The notes under the pieces were generated by a model that did no database searches, was not told the DNA's origin, and was given only the letters and a program-made list of their open reading frames with translations. From Candidatus Peregrinibacteria bacterium (GTDB lineage Bacteria; Patescibacteriota; Gracilibacteria; UBA1369; JABINC01): a stretch of DNA of 64,000 nucleotides. A program made the translations under genes and the position numbers. The stretch is taken from assembly GCA_018697675.1 (NCBI GenBank), contig JABINC010000041.1:571-64570 (forward strand), given 5' to 3'. Shown here piece after piece: positions 40,255 to 52,100 of the stretch. How positions within the stretch are numbered: position 1 is the stretch's first letter; each line of letters starts with the position of its first letter.

Positions 40255-41175
40255 ATGTCATCTATCAATTTTAGAAATCTTGACGAAGTTACAGACGAAC
40301 TCACCGCAAAAGGTTGGCCACAAGCCGAAACTGCAATAGATATGTGGCTAAATGCCATGAGAGTTTTGAGCGCAGAAAGAGAAAACCCAAAAGTAGCTGC
40401 AGCAATAGAAGCTTTTCGAAATCGTCTAAATGGAGCATGGAATACGATAGGAGAAGATATGGAAAAGGCTGTACTAGGACAAGCTGAACAGGTATTGACA
40501 GAACCTACAACGGAAAGCACGGAGGAAGGAGAAAATGCCAATATATTTGACATAGAGCTCGCCGTTAAAGTCCTAGGTATCAAAGAATTTTTAAAAGAAA
40601 CTTTAAAAACCTTAGAGGGCACAGATCCTAATCAAAAAGAAAACACTCTATTTGGAAAAGATCATGACAGAAGAAAAGAGGATTCAAATGCAAGAGAAAT
40701 AGCAGAAAAATATCCATGGGTCAGTATAATTATATTAAAAGAATTAATCCGAACTCTAGAAGAAGTACGTCAACCGCTTAAAGAAGCTAGAACAACGGCA
40801 GGTAGAACGACAGTAAGAGAAATCCCCAAGAAATTAGATCAAACGACTGAAGCAATCGAAGAAGCTTCTATAGCTCTAGACCAAGATTTAACAGAAGTTA
40901 GCGGGAACATAGCCAACTCAATATTAGCATTAATAACTGATGAGATTACAGAACCAAGCCAAAAAGCCGAACTCGAAAAATTATTAACAGACTCTGGCGA
41001 AGAAGAGGTAGAAGAATCTGGCGCTCTAGAAAAAGTAGAATCTTCTTCAAGATTCAATATTGGATTACTCATTAAATCGTTAAGAACAAGCATGTGGAGT
41101 AAAGCTCAAGAACTCCGATTGATAAAGTGGATAGCAAAAAAACTCTCACAAAGAAACCAAGAAGAAGACTCATAA
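40255..41175 (+). CDS. hypothetical acidic helical protein
   Basis: 306-aa ORF, same strand and codon style as neighbours; no motif recognised. Confidence 0.8.
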   Translation: MSSINFRNLDEVTDELTAKGWPQAETAIDMWLNAMRVLSAERENPKVAAAIEAFRNRLNGAWNTIGEDMEKAVLGQAEQVLTEPTTESTEEGENANIFDIELAVKVLGIKEFLKETLKTLEGTDPNQKENTLFGKDHDRRKEDSNAREIAEKYPWVSIIILKELIRTLEEVRQPLKEARTTAGRTTVREIPKKLDQTTEAIEEASIALDQDLTEVSGNIANSILALITDEITEPSQKAELEKLLTDSGEEEVEESGALEKVESSSRFNIGLLIKSLRTSMWSKAQELRLIKWIAKKLSQRNQEEDS

Positions 41176-41182
41176 ACAGCTC

Positions 41183-41211
41183 TTGACATAAGCTCCACCA
41201 ACTTGTAAAAT
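41183..41211 (+). promoter_or_regulatory. sigma70-type promoter
   Basis: TTGACA-17 bp-TAAAAT, 20 bp before ATG 41232. Confidence 0.7.
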
Positions 41212-41231
41212 CACACCTTAAATATATAATT

Positions 41232-42953
41232 ATGGCATTAGATAGGGATACAACTGGGCCAGACAGATCATACTTTGAACTCCAAGCTGATCTCGAAGCA
41301 AGAACTGAAAAACTGAGGAGGGCAGAGCTTATCCATAGTTATTTAGCAGCTCTCACAGATATAACTGATATCGAAGCAACCTTGGAAGAAGAATTTGTAC
41401 GCTTAGTCACAAGTGGAGAGCTCGGTTCTACATGGTCACCAATACAATCATATGCTGACGGACTAGAAGCAAGAGATGATGGAAATCTTGATGAAGCGAA
41501 AAATAAATTTGATGAAGTAACTCCATCAAAATTAGCAGGTTATCTACAAGTATTAGAAAGCGGTTATTCAAGTACGGGCGTAGCAAGAGACGAAAAAAGA
41601 GCTCTACAAGCAAGAAATACTGCAGTCGAACGTATTAGAGGCAAGTATTCAAATGTACAACCACACGTTGCATTTTTTCAAGCACTACACAAGGCCATAA
41701 ATGAAAAAGAACATAACGAGATAGAAAGATTATTAAATGAAAACCTACCCGATTCCATCGGACCAGAGGATGAGATTTTACCAAACAGCGCAATCAAAAA
41801 AGGAAGAAAGGCTCTAGGTCAAATAATGGCAATAGTAACAGAACTGGAAGGAATCACACCATTGAAGGCAAGGCGAACAAACACATTTGAAGATAAAAAC
41901 CTATCAGGCCGATTAACAGCATGGAAGGTGCCAAAAATAAATGAGGATCCTAATGCCACCCTGAGTCGTGAAGAATATTATTTCATCTTAAGTTACATTG
42001 CAAACAGAGGAACTAACGTAAATTCACAAATTTACCAACCAACAAACAAAACCATGCCTGAGTTAGAGGATATTAAAGAACGAAAGGCTCCATACACTAC
42101 AAAAATCGAATTAGTTAAATCTTTACAGGAAATATTTGGAACAGAATCAAAAGACGGTAAATTAAAAGATGGTGGACTTCGAGCAAGAACAGCGGACCTA
42201 AGGGGTCAATTAGAAAAAGAAGGAATAACAATCAAACCTGAATGGGAGAGTGAACCTAGCGATGCCGCCCTAAAATTTGAAGGTAAAGTACGCGAACTAA
42301 GAACTACGATAAGGGGATTAGGAAAAGATTTAGGAATTGAAAAAGGAAAAATTGAAGCTTTAGTAGCGACTGCTGATTTGGATGACATTTCTGAAAAAAC
42401 CCCAGAAGAAAAAAATGGAGAAACCCTAGAAATCCCTCTACCAAAACGCCTAGGAGGACTTGCAGCACATGCGCGCATAACAATGGGCGTTGCTATCGCA
42501 CTTCTTCTCTTATTAGGAGGTGGAACCGGCTTCGGTATCGGAAGCTGCGGACCGAAAGGTGACAGCAGAACCGAAGGTCAAGCAGGAGAAGTTGATCCAG
42601 AAACTGCCACTGAAATTGCAAGACTAAAAGCTGAAATCGAAGGATTAGAATCGACGAAAGCAGAAACTACCACAGAAGATGCAGAGAAAATAGCAGGCCT
42701 TGAAAAAGAAATTGAAGACCTAACGACTGAAATCGAGGACCTCAAAGCTGCCGGTACAGAAAACCCCGAGACAACACAAAGAATTGCAGAATTGAAAGAA
42801 GAGCTAGGACTACTAAGAGGTGCCAAAACCACTGCCGAAGGTCAAGCAACACAATGTAGAGAGGATCTAGAAGCAGTATTCGGCGTAAAAGGAATAAAAA
42901 GAGCCCTTAGCGCTGAAGGAAGGGATGATCTTCTGGCTAAAGAGCCTAGATAA
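41232..42953 (+). CDS. hypothetical single-pass membrane protein with C-terminal coiled-coil repeats
   Basis: Helical N-region, TM ITMGVAIALLLLLGGGTGFGIG, then repeats PETATEIARLKAEIEGL / EKIAGLEKEIEDL / PETTQRIAELKEELGL. Confidence 0.85.
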   Translation: MALDRDTTGPDRSYFELQADLEARTEKLRRAELIHSYLAALTDITDIEATLEEEFVRLVTSGELGSTWSPIQSYADGLEARDDGNLDEAKNKFDEVTPSKLAGYLQVLESGYSSTGVARDEKRALQARNTAVERIRGKYSNVQPHVAFFQALHKAINEKEHNEIERLLNENLPDSIGPEDEILPNSAIKKGRKALGQIMAIVTELEGITPLKARRTNTFEDKNLSGRLTAWKVPKINEDPNATLSREEYYFILSYIANRGTNVNSQIYQPTNKTMPELEDIKERKAPYTTKIELVKSLQEIFGTESKDGKLKDGGLRARTADLRGQLEKEGITIKPEWESEPSDAALKFEGKVRELRTTIRGLGKDLGIEKGKIEALVATADLDDISEKTPEEKNGETLEIPLPKRLGGLAAHARITMGVAIALLLLLGGGTGFGIGSCGPKGDSRTEGQAGEVDPETATEIARLKAEIEGLESTKAETTTEDAEKIAGLEKEIEDLTTEIEDLKAAGTENPETTQRIAELKEELGLLRGAKTTAEGQATQCREDLEAVFGVKGIKRALSAEGRDDLLAKEPR

Positions 42954-43021
42954 TCAATCCAACCAACTACAACGGTACGCGCTAAACCGACCACCATATT
43001 TCCCATGCCACGTCAAGCCAA

Positions 43022-43046
43022 GCTCCCTTAAGAGGAAGCCTTTTTT
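43022..43046 (+). terminator. weak intrinsic terminator candidate
   Basis: GCTCCCT-TAAG-AGGAAGC (one mismatch) followed by CTTTTTT. Confidence 0.4.
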
Positions 43047-43047
43047 G

Positions 43048-43056
43048 TGGTAAAAT
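43048..43056 (+). promoter_or_regulatory. extended -10 promoter candidate for the giant ORF
   Basis: TG-G-TAAAAT ending 54 bp before ATG 43111. Confidence 0.5.
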
Positions 43057-43110
43057 ATACAGATTTAAAAAGGATTTTTAGATCTCAAAAATAAAAACAA
43101 AAAAGCTCAT

Positions 43111-46100
43111 ATGACAGGTCCTTACCACAGATTCGGCCCAAACGATCCATTCTCCTCACCTTTTGGAGCTCAAGACAATGATCTCGAAAAAAGGCTTGTT
43201 TGGAAAACAGGAGAAGATGAACCAAGTGGAAACATAGGACCAGGAGAGTTAGAAATACCAAGAGGTCCAGAAGACATAGGACGTACATTTCAAGAAAACG
43301 AAGCTACTGAAGAAGACATATCGGAAATGCTAGCACAGCTAGACAATCCAGAAGAAAAAATGAATGCAACTATAGACCGAATTCTGCCAGAACTTGAAAG
43401 AATAAATGACATAGGCACTCAATTCGAAGAAGCTAGACAAATCAAAGCTTACCCCCCCACAGAACTAAAAGTAAGAGAAGTTGGAATGGATCCAAAGCTC
43501 ACTGACGATATAGTTCAAGGGCAAGAAATTTTGAAGATATTTGAAACAAGAACGGCAAGCGCACTTACAATTGAAGATTTCAAAGCTAGTAAAAGCTTAA
43601 GAGAATTATACGAAAAACAAGGTAGAGACAAACCGAAAACAGGTAGTATAAATTTTGATGATCCAGAATATTTTCGTGACGAAATTGGATTAATCAAAGA
43701 AAGTATGAAGTTTATAGGGGAACGCTCAGGAGTAGAACCAGAGACAATCGAAAGATACCAAGCTACAGTTACAGAACAAGCTATATTAGAATCTGCCGAC
43801 ATAGAGACTTTCAAAGAAATTGCCACAGGAATTTCTAACAAAAGACGATTTGTTGCTAGTGCAAAAGTTATACAAAAACTCGAAACCCATGGATTCACAA
43901 CCTTTGAAGAATTCCAAGGCTTTTTCTATACAAGCAGCGGTAGCAGTACAAAAGGGATTGATGCATATCTAAAAGAACTCGATATATATGATTCATTAAC
44001 AGCAAAAGAAAGAAAAGATGTACGCGCAATTTGTGATCGCCCCATTCTGGCAAAACTATATGAAGTGGCAACGCTTGAAAAAGAAGAAGAAGAAAGTGCT
44101 CGAAGACTAGCGGCCAAAGAAGCTGAAGATCAAGAAGAAGAACGCAGAAGACAAGAAGAAGAAAGGAGGATGGAACAACGCAGACAAGAGCAAGAAAAAG
44201 AAAGAGAAGAAAGAGAGCGGAGAGAGGCAGAAGGGAGAAGGCAGAGAGAACAAGAAGAAGCTGAGGCCGAGGCTGCACGACTCGAAGAACAACTAGAAAG
44301 AGATGAAGCCGCCAGAGAACGAAAAGCACCAATCAAAGAGGCAATCGATAGAACCAGAAGTTATCTGGACGGCATCGATACATCCTCAGCAACTTGGGAC
44401 AGCCTCAAGCAATGGGAAGAATTGCAGGGAGATGCTACTGACGAACTAATAGAGGAATTCAATAACACCGATACATTCAGAGAACTGAAAGAAGAGTATA
44501 TTGAAAAAACAATGGCAATTTACATTCAGGATTTGCAAGCTCTCGATAAAGACGCATTCATAACCAAAGCCACAGATGAACAAGTTTACAGAGAGAAACA
44601 GAGTTCAGTAATGCAAACTGGAGACGGCCCAATAACACAGCCAGCTCAAAATAAATTTATGGCTAGAACTGTATTTTCATTGGCATTAAAACAAATTGGT
44701 CTAAATAGCGAAATTCACTTTTATACAGGAATGGGGGCTGACAGAAGAGAAGCAATGCTACAAGACGTTGAAAACCTCTTTGCGGTATTTGGCACAAACG
44801 ATCCAAATGTAGATGTAAAACCAGATACAACGGATACGGAATTCGCATCAAGATTCGAAAGATTCAAAACAACAAGACTGGGAGCCACAACTACTACAAC
44901 GGTTGCAACTGGCCCAAGCAAGACAGGCCCTACCCTACCAGAAGATCCACTTAAATACAGAACGGATGCAGTCAAAGAGGCGGGAGGTCATTACGAATCG
45001 CTTAATGACTTACATGGAGGGGCAAGAACAGATTTAAGGAACAAATATTACCCGCAAGCAGCAAAAAAATACGAATTACTTATAAAATTAATAGAGGAAA
45101 ATTACGGAGACAAAATAGAACCAGGTAAACACAACCCAAATAACAAAGCGCAAATTACTTACAAAAAAGCTGTAATAGGCTTAATAGCCTCATATAACGG
45201 GTTTTCTCCAACTTCAACTAAAGAATTTGAAAGTCGAGCAGCTCTAGCGCAGCAACTTTCAGCAAGAGAAGGTATATTCACAACCGAAGAAGTAAGCTCT
45301 ATCCGAACTATAGCAAGAACATTCAATATCAAACTACAACCTCGAACAAAAGTAAAAGTCATTGGAACCGGTCGCCTAGAGTTATCTCAATCAATAGAAA
45401 ATACAGACCCTGAGATTCTAGAAGCATTCCAAGCTTTAGAAGAAAATATAAATTCAGGTGCTGAAAAAGAGCATGGAAATGAAACATATATATATGGAGA
45501 TGAAAATGTAGAATATTTATTCGGAGCACATTCAATGCAAGCAAGTGCAGACATGAAAACCATAATGATAAACGGGACGCCACTCTCATTAGTAGGAATG
45601 CGAAAAGGAGGCAAATTAGTCCCAAAAGAAGGCCTTTCTTCAGAAGAACAGGCAGAAATAACCGCAGGCACCACAATAGGTGAATTACTCATAAGAGAGT
45701 TCACTGTCAAAAATCGCCTCGGAACTTACAAAATTAAAGTCACACCAGTAATCCCAATGGGAAGCGATGAAATATTGCGCCTTTCAGTAACAATCACCGA
45801 TCCTGAAGGCAAGGAAGAAAAAATACCAGTGAGAGAAAAAGAAATGCGTTTTGGAGGAGTGAAAAAGAAGGTAATTACAAAGAAAGATGGAGAGCTAATC
45901 GTAGATCTAGGCAAATTAAAAGATGAATCAGGGAAAACAACCCTTGCCTCAGCGGAAATCAAACCACTAGATGAATCTGGAATACCAAAGGACCCACGTG
46001 CTCTACCAGGCTACATGTCAGAAGCTATAGAACTACATACAACACAGGGAGGGAATTTATCAGGATTGATACAAATTGCAGAAGCGATAGAAGAAAGATT

Positions 46101-49100
46101 CTCAAATCTAGAATATGAAAATGCCCTATGTTTCGCGGAAATGTGCGCAATAGTAGCAGATAGAGTATTCAAACAAACTATAAAGAAGCCCCAAATAACC
46201 CTGTCTGAATTCAACAGTGGTATAGAACTAGCCCTTAAATATCAGAAAAAAGCAAAAACTTACCGAGAGAAGGCAGGAGATGTAACTCAAGAAGGAGTAG
46301 ATTTAGATTTCATAGATGAGACAATCCACGATCATCTATTGAATATACTCGTCCCCGTACAAGTATCTGACACAAATAAAAAATATGAGCTCAAACGAAC
46401 TGCAAAAGAGGGATTAATAAATCCTGAGACTAAAGAGCTCTCAGAAGCAATCGACAGAGCAGTTGCCGACTTAAACACAAAGCGCAAAAAACCTAAATTT
46501 AGGAAAGATAATAAAAATCCAGATGGAAGCATCACTGTTTATATGATGCCAGAAGATTCTCTGAACGGAGTTGAGATTTCAAGCGGCACAACCGCTCTAT
46601 CACTCAAACAAATCGATGAAGATGAACAAGCAAGGCTCGCAACACTCGATACAGAACAGAGACGTCAAGAAGAAGAGGCAAGGCGAAGGCAGGCTGAAGA
46701 AGAGGCTGAATCAAGACGCCAAGCCGAAGAAGAAGCCCGAAGACTTGCCGAAGAACAAGAAAGACTACGACAAGAAGAACAAGAACGCCAAGCAGCGCTC
46801 GCATGGGCTGGAATTGATGGGAAAATCGAAGCGATTCCTGATACAGAAGAAGAACTCGCAGCTATATCAACAGAAATCCTACTCCAATGGTACGATCCCA
46901 CAGAATACGATATTGCAAAAAAACAATTCAAATTACCAGAGTCATTATTAAATAAAGTTATTGCAACTTATGGTCTGACCAACGACAGAGAAACCCTCAA
47001 ACAAGCATACGCAGAAAAAACAATTGAACCAAATGAAGTAATGCAACTCAGCGCAATTTTAGAAAAATCAAAAGTAGTTGAAGAATATTTTCAACCAGGT
47101 CATCGCGCAGCCAAACAAGACTACGACCCCGCACTCGCCCGAATTAACGACCTTGATGATCCCCTTTATGAGAAGCTCAGAGATGCGGCAGGTATCACAG
47201 AAGTAGTTGCAGAAGGCCCAACGGAAGTAGAACAACTCACCGCCCTAGCGATAGAAAGTTTAAAAAAACTAGACTTCTCAAGAGAAAACTTAATAGCAGT
47301 GGCAGAAATGCACATGACAATAGTTGGAGATGCAAAACCTAGAAGAGATGAGGAAAAGATTGATGCAGTCGCATTGATTCAATTCGCACTTAATAAACAA
47401 GGAGGAGGAATTTCCGAAGAAAAAGCTCGCGAAATATTCAATGACTCATCTGAAGAGGATTTTGACCGAATGACAGAGTCTTATCAACAACTCACCGCAC
47501 AATACAACGACATCGTTAACGTAAATTCTAAACTTCTCACATATACAAAGACCCTAGTTAAAGAAGTGGTCGAAAATTCAAGTACATGGGGAGACAAATC
47601 TTGGTATGAATTCCGAGCCTTTGCATATGGAACACTAGAAAACAAAATGCAATCTTTCACAGAGACTGATTTAGAATCCCTTCGAGTATGGTTCAATGAA
47701 ACAACCGGTAAGAGAGCAATCGCTCTGGATGCTGAACCGGCAGATACAGTATTGAAAGATAAGACCGATTTCTTAGAAAAACTTCCTGTAACAGCCAACG
47801 GAAACCCAGACCCAGCAAAAATCGCAGAAGAATTTACTCTATTTGAAATAGCAAGAATTTACAGCAAAACAAACCGATTAGATGGAGATGCAGTAGTTGC
47901 AATGCACTTGGATAAATCCCTCACAGATAAAGGGACTATAGATAAAAAAGCAGAAGAAATTACAGACCTTATTATTCTAAATATTGAAACACCAGAAAGA
48001 GACAAATCTTCAGAACAAATAATGAAATGTATGAAAGCAATCAAAAAATACTGTGAAGATATTCTAACAAGAAGGCAGTACCGCGCAGAACGCCGCACAG
48101 TCGATACAATTCGAAAAGTGAGAGCACAGAATCCAAAAGCTATGGAGTTGGATAAATATTTGGCGCTCTTGCCAGATGGATTCCCAGAGGATATTGAAGC
48201 GCAACTTAGAGCTGAATATCTAGAAAAAATCGGCGGAGGGGAATCAATTGAAAAAGAAGATACGATCGCTTGGATAAAGGCTATGTTCCCAGACGCTTCA
48301 GCAATCGATGCTGCACTCAACATGGGGAATATACCGGCAAATCCTAATGCTGCACTGCACGCACTAGCCACGATGGACAATATCGCACTAAGTGCAATAG
48401 AAAATATTTCAACCACAGAAGCTCCAAATGGACTCCTTATTATTAGAGACTTCGAAAGTGCAAAACAAAAACTCCGCGGAACCCCTACTCTCCGCACAGA
48501 ACTTTTCACAACACCAAGGGTTGCAGGAAGGTATGCAGCTAGAGTGGCAGAACTTCGGAAAGCTGAAAAACAATTTGTATTGGATGAGACATACAAAAAA
48601 TATTATAAACCAACTGAACGACAAGATAGCTATCCTCTAGGTAGAGATGCCGACATAGCAGGATTTAGAGATGCTACCAAAGGAAGATTGAACGGAGAAG
48701 ACAGCATCAATATAGTCGCAAAAGAAGGCGAAACCGAAGAAATGATAGAAAGCATATGGCAAACCCAGTTTGACTCGGCTTTTGCACAACTTTCAAGTCC
48801 CGCAATGGACAAGATCGAGACAAAATACGCTGCGCCAGACAAAATGAAGAAAGCAATCAAAGATCTAGGAGAGCCTGTTCCTGAATCTTTCAATGAATTT
48901 ATAGGAAGAATGAAATTAGGGGAAGTAGGAGAAGCTGATCCAGCAAAACGATATTTTACAATTTTCGAAGAATTCTACTCTAAAGACGAAAGCCCAAACT
49001 CTCCAGCAGAGGTGTTAGAGGCAGATTTGAAAAAATTATTTAAAGAGATTCAACCAATCGTATTGGCAGAATTCCAAGAAGGACAAGCCCAGACGGAGAG

Positions 49101-52100
49101 AGAACAAGCAATAGCGGAAGCGAAAACAGCCCTTGCACAATTACCTCAGGAAGCAGGAGACAGAACACGGCAATTACTTACAATGAATTCTGGAACAACA
49201 AAAGAAGAGTTATTAACAGATTTAAAGAGAACATTAGGTTCATCTATAACAAAGATACTCGCATACCCAGACGAAACCGGGGTAAGCATAAATCCTTTGA
49301 ATGACGCCAATTCAAAAACTTACGAGGCAGCAATTAGAGCAGCTGTAGGAACAAAAGTGGCAAAACTCACAGAAGACGAAAGTAAAGAAAAATTGAGAAC
49401 AAGTGAAACTTTAAACGACCTAATAACCGCAGAAGGACTCGACGCATTCTTGAGCCTAGAAAAAGCCGATGACGAGCCAAGTTATGCAGAGTCACTGAGA
49501 TCAGAATACCAACGGCTTGCAGAAAGTTACGCAGAAGCAAAACTAGAATCCATTTCAGCAGACATAGAAGATCCAAAGAAATTCGGATGGGTATTTGTAT
49601 CAGATAGTCTTACAGACGAACATACAGCCCAAGCGGACGGGACCCCTTACCAAAGCAGAGATGAGCTTCGAAGAAGCTGGCTACAAGGTAAGACATATGA
49701 TCCTGCAAAATTTGCAGAGTGGTACTTAGAAGCTCTCAACATTCCAGGAAAATACGCACGATCGATAAGAACATCATCTCAGACCAAAACACCTATCAAA
49801 GAAGCATTCGCTTCAAGCGAAAAGGTAAAATCAATACTCCTATTTGATTACGCATTAACAAGCACAGAAAGCAGAGTAAGCAGAGCCGACACCGCAACAA
49901 TCCAGAAATGGCTAGACACAACTCTCGTCCCAGAAGACAGAGACCCAGAAAAAACTCGATATCCAAAAATATTCTACCCTCAACTATTCTTAGAATGGGT
50001 AAATGAAGAATTCCTGAATTTAGATCTCACAAATGTTCTAACATCCGAGGATAAATGGGACAAAGACAGACGAAATAAAGAAATAGGAAAATACTTAAAG
50101 GAACTCGTAGCTGAAGACCGAGTTAAGGAAGCGGTGAGAGAATTCCCTGAGGGAGTCCCTGTAGAAGAATTGCAAGAAACAACGAAACAATTATTCCAGA
50201 CGGATGCTCTCAATATATATGCAAATGCCGAGCAACTTATAGAAACGCTTGAAGCTCATTACAAAACAGAAGGAAAACTAGTAGAACTAGATTCAAACCC
50301 TAACGGAGATCCCGATAGATACGACCGCTTCAGACAAGTGGCACTAACAGCACTCGCAGGGAAATTTGATCACTTCAAAACGTCAGGATTTGAAATTGCA
50401 GAAGATGAAACTATGAGAACAAGCTGGCTCAACATGATCCAAACTTACAATCTAAGATCATTTGCACCGCATAGTTTTGAAATATTCGACACAACCGGAG
50501 GAAGGGGGCGTAAGCACGTAGATTTACGAGACGAACTAGACAAGACAATCGGAGACCTTATGACGGAAGCGGTAGATACATTTGCAGAGAAATACTTAGA
50601 AGAAGCTCTTAACGACATCTCTCTACCGGCAGTTAAATTCCGACGTTACTTCGCAGTTGCAGTCGCAGGAGATCGCATCAAATACAATGCAAAAACTTTC
50701 TATCGAGCAATAGCCGAAGGGGAACTGCCAGCAGGTGCAGGTAAAGAAGAAGCTCAGAACCTCGAGTACATAACTCACTTCTTGGAAAACTTTGATTTCG
50801 CAGGGACAGAAAGAAAAATAAAAGTACAAATCGCACCAGAAACAGAAGCTTTGGACACACTTTACTTCTACTCGGGAATACCAAGCGCAGTCAAAAAATG
50901 GGAAGAAAAAAGCGAAAAAACATGGGAACAACACGCAACTGAGGGAAGAACCCAAAAACCTCGCAAGGCAACTCAGGCATTCATAACTTGGTTCAGAGAA
51001 GAATTACAGACAGGAACTACCCCACTAGAACTCAAATCAATAAAAGATGAAGCTATACTAAGTGAATTAGATCAGAGAATAATGGACGCCTCAGATGGAA
51101 AATCAACCGTAGAATTAGACCTACTTAACCCTTTAAATCCATGGGAATTTGAGGCAATGCCAGAAGATGAATTTAAAACTGCAGTAGCAGATGCAACAAA
51201 AGAAATTATCGAAGGCCGAAGCGACCCCCTGGGAGAAAAAGGTCCTGACTTCTCAGCAGCAAACCCAAAAATCGGTTTAATTGATCTACTAGCAACAATA
51301 GATAGCAGATTTCCAAAAAATATAATTCCAGATCACTCAGAGGCATACTACATAATTCTAGAAACTGCACTCGATGCAAAAATGCCATTTGTAAAAAAAG
51401 CTGCAGAAGAAGCTTCAGATTGGGCAGACCTAGTAGCCGAATACAATTTAGTAGGCTACATGCCAGAATTAAATCGAATAGATGAAGCTGAACGCTTCGC
51501 AGACTCTTGGAGCAAAGCAAACCCTACCGCAACATTCAATGATTTCGAAACCGCTTTGAGAGCAGAGGGATTAAATCCACATTCTTTACTTATTCTGGAA
51601 CGCACGATCAAGATTATCCAAAGCAACATGATCGCAGCCAGAGAGACAGAACTACAAGAGATTACCGGTAAAGGAAGGATGGCAACTCGCCGCAGAGCGG
51701 AAATAGCAGGAAAATACAACCTAGAAACCTTTGCAAAAACAAATTGGGAAGCCAAAAACGAAATTACAAAAAAATATTACAGCCAATTCGCAAAACTAGC
51801 AAAAACCGTAGCTGAAAATGCCGCAGTAACATTCGCAACCGACCTCGGTAAAAAAAAAGATTGGGATGAGATAGCTCCAGATATGCAAATCGATTGGGAC
51901 GCCACTCCTGGAGAAGAATCCGACCCAGACGCAGCAATTCAAGATGACCGAGAAACCACTTCAGCTATAGTGAAAAAATCTGAGTTTTATTTGAGTTTCA
52001 AAGAACGTCAAAAATACTTTGATTTCAAAGCCCAATCATACGATGCGGACAAATTTTTCGAATGGTATATCAAAAATGATTCAAATTTCCCAGCAGACTT

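Noticed and set aside
42520-42560. Lipobox-like GIGSC in the 573-aa protein
   Set aside because: Lies ~440 aa from the N-terminus; an internal start at MGVAIALLLLL lacks a basic n-region and has no independent support
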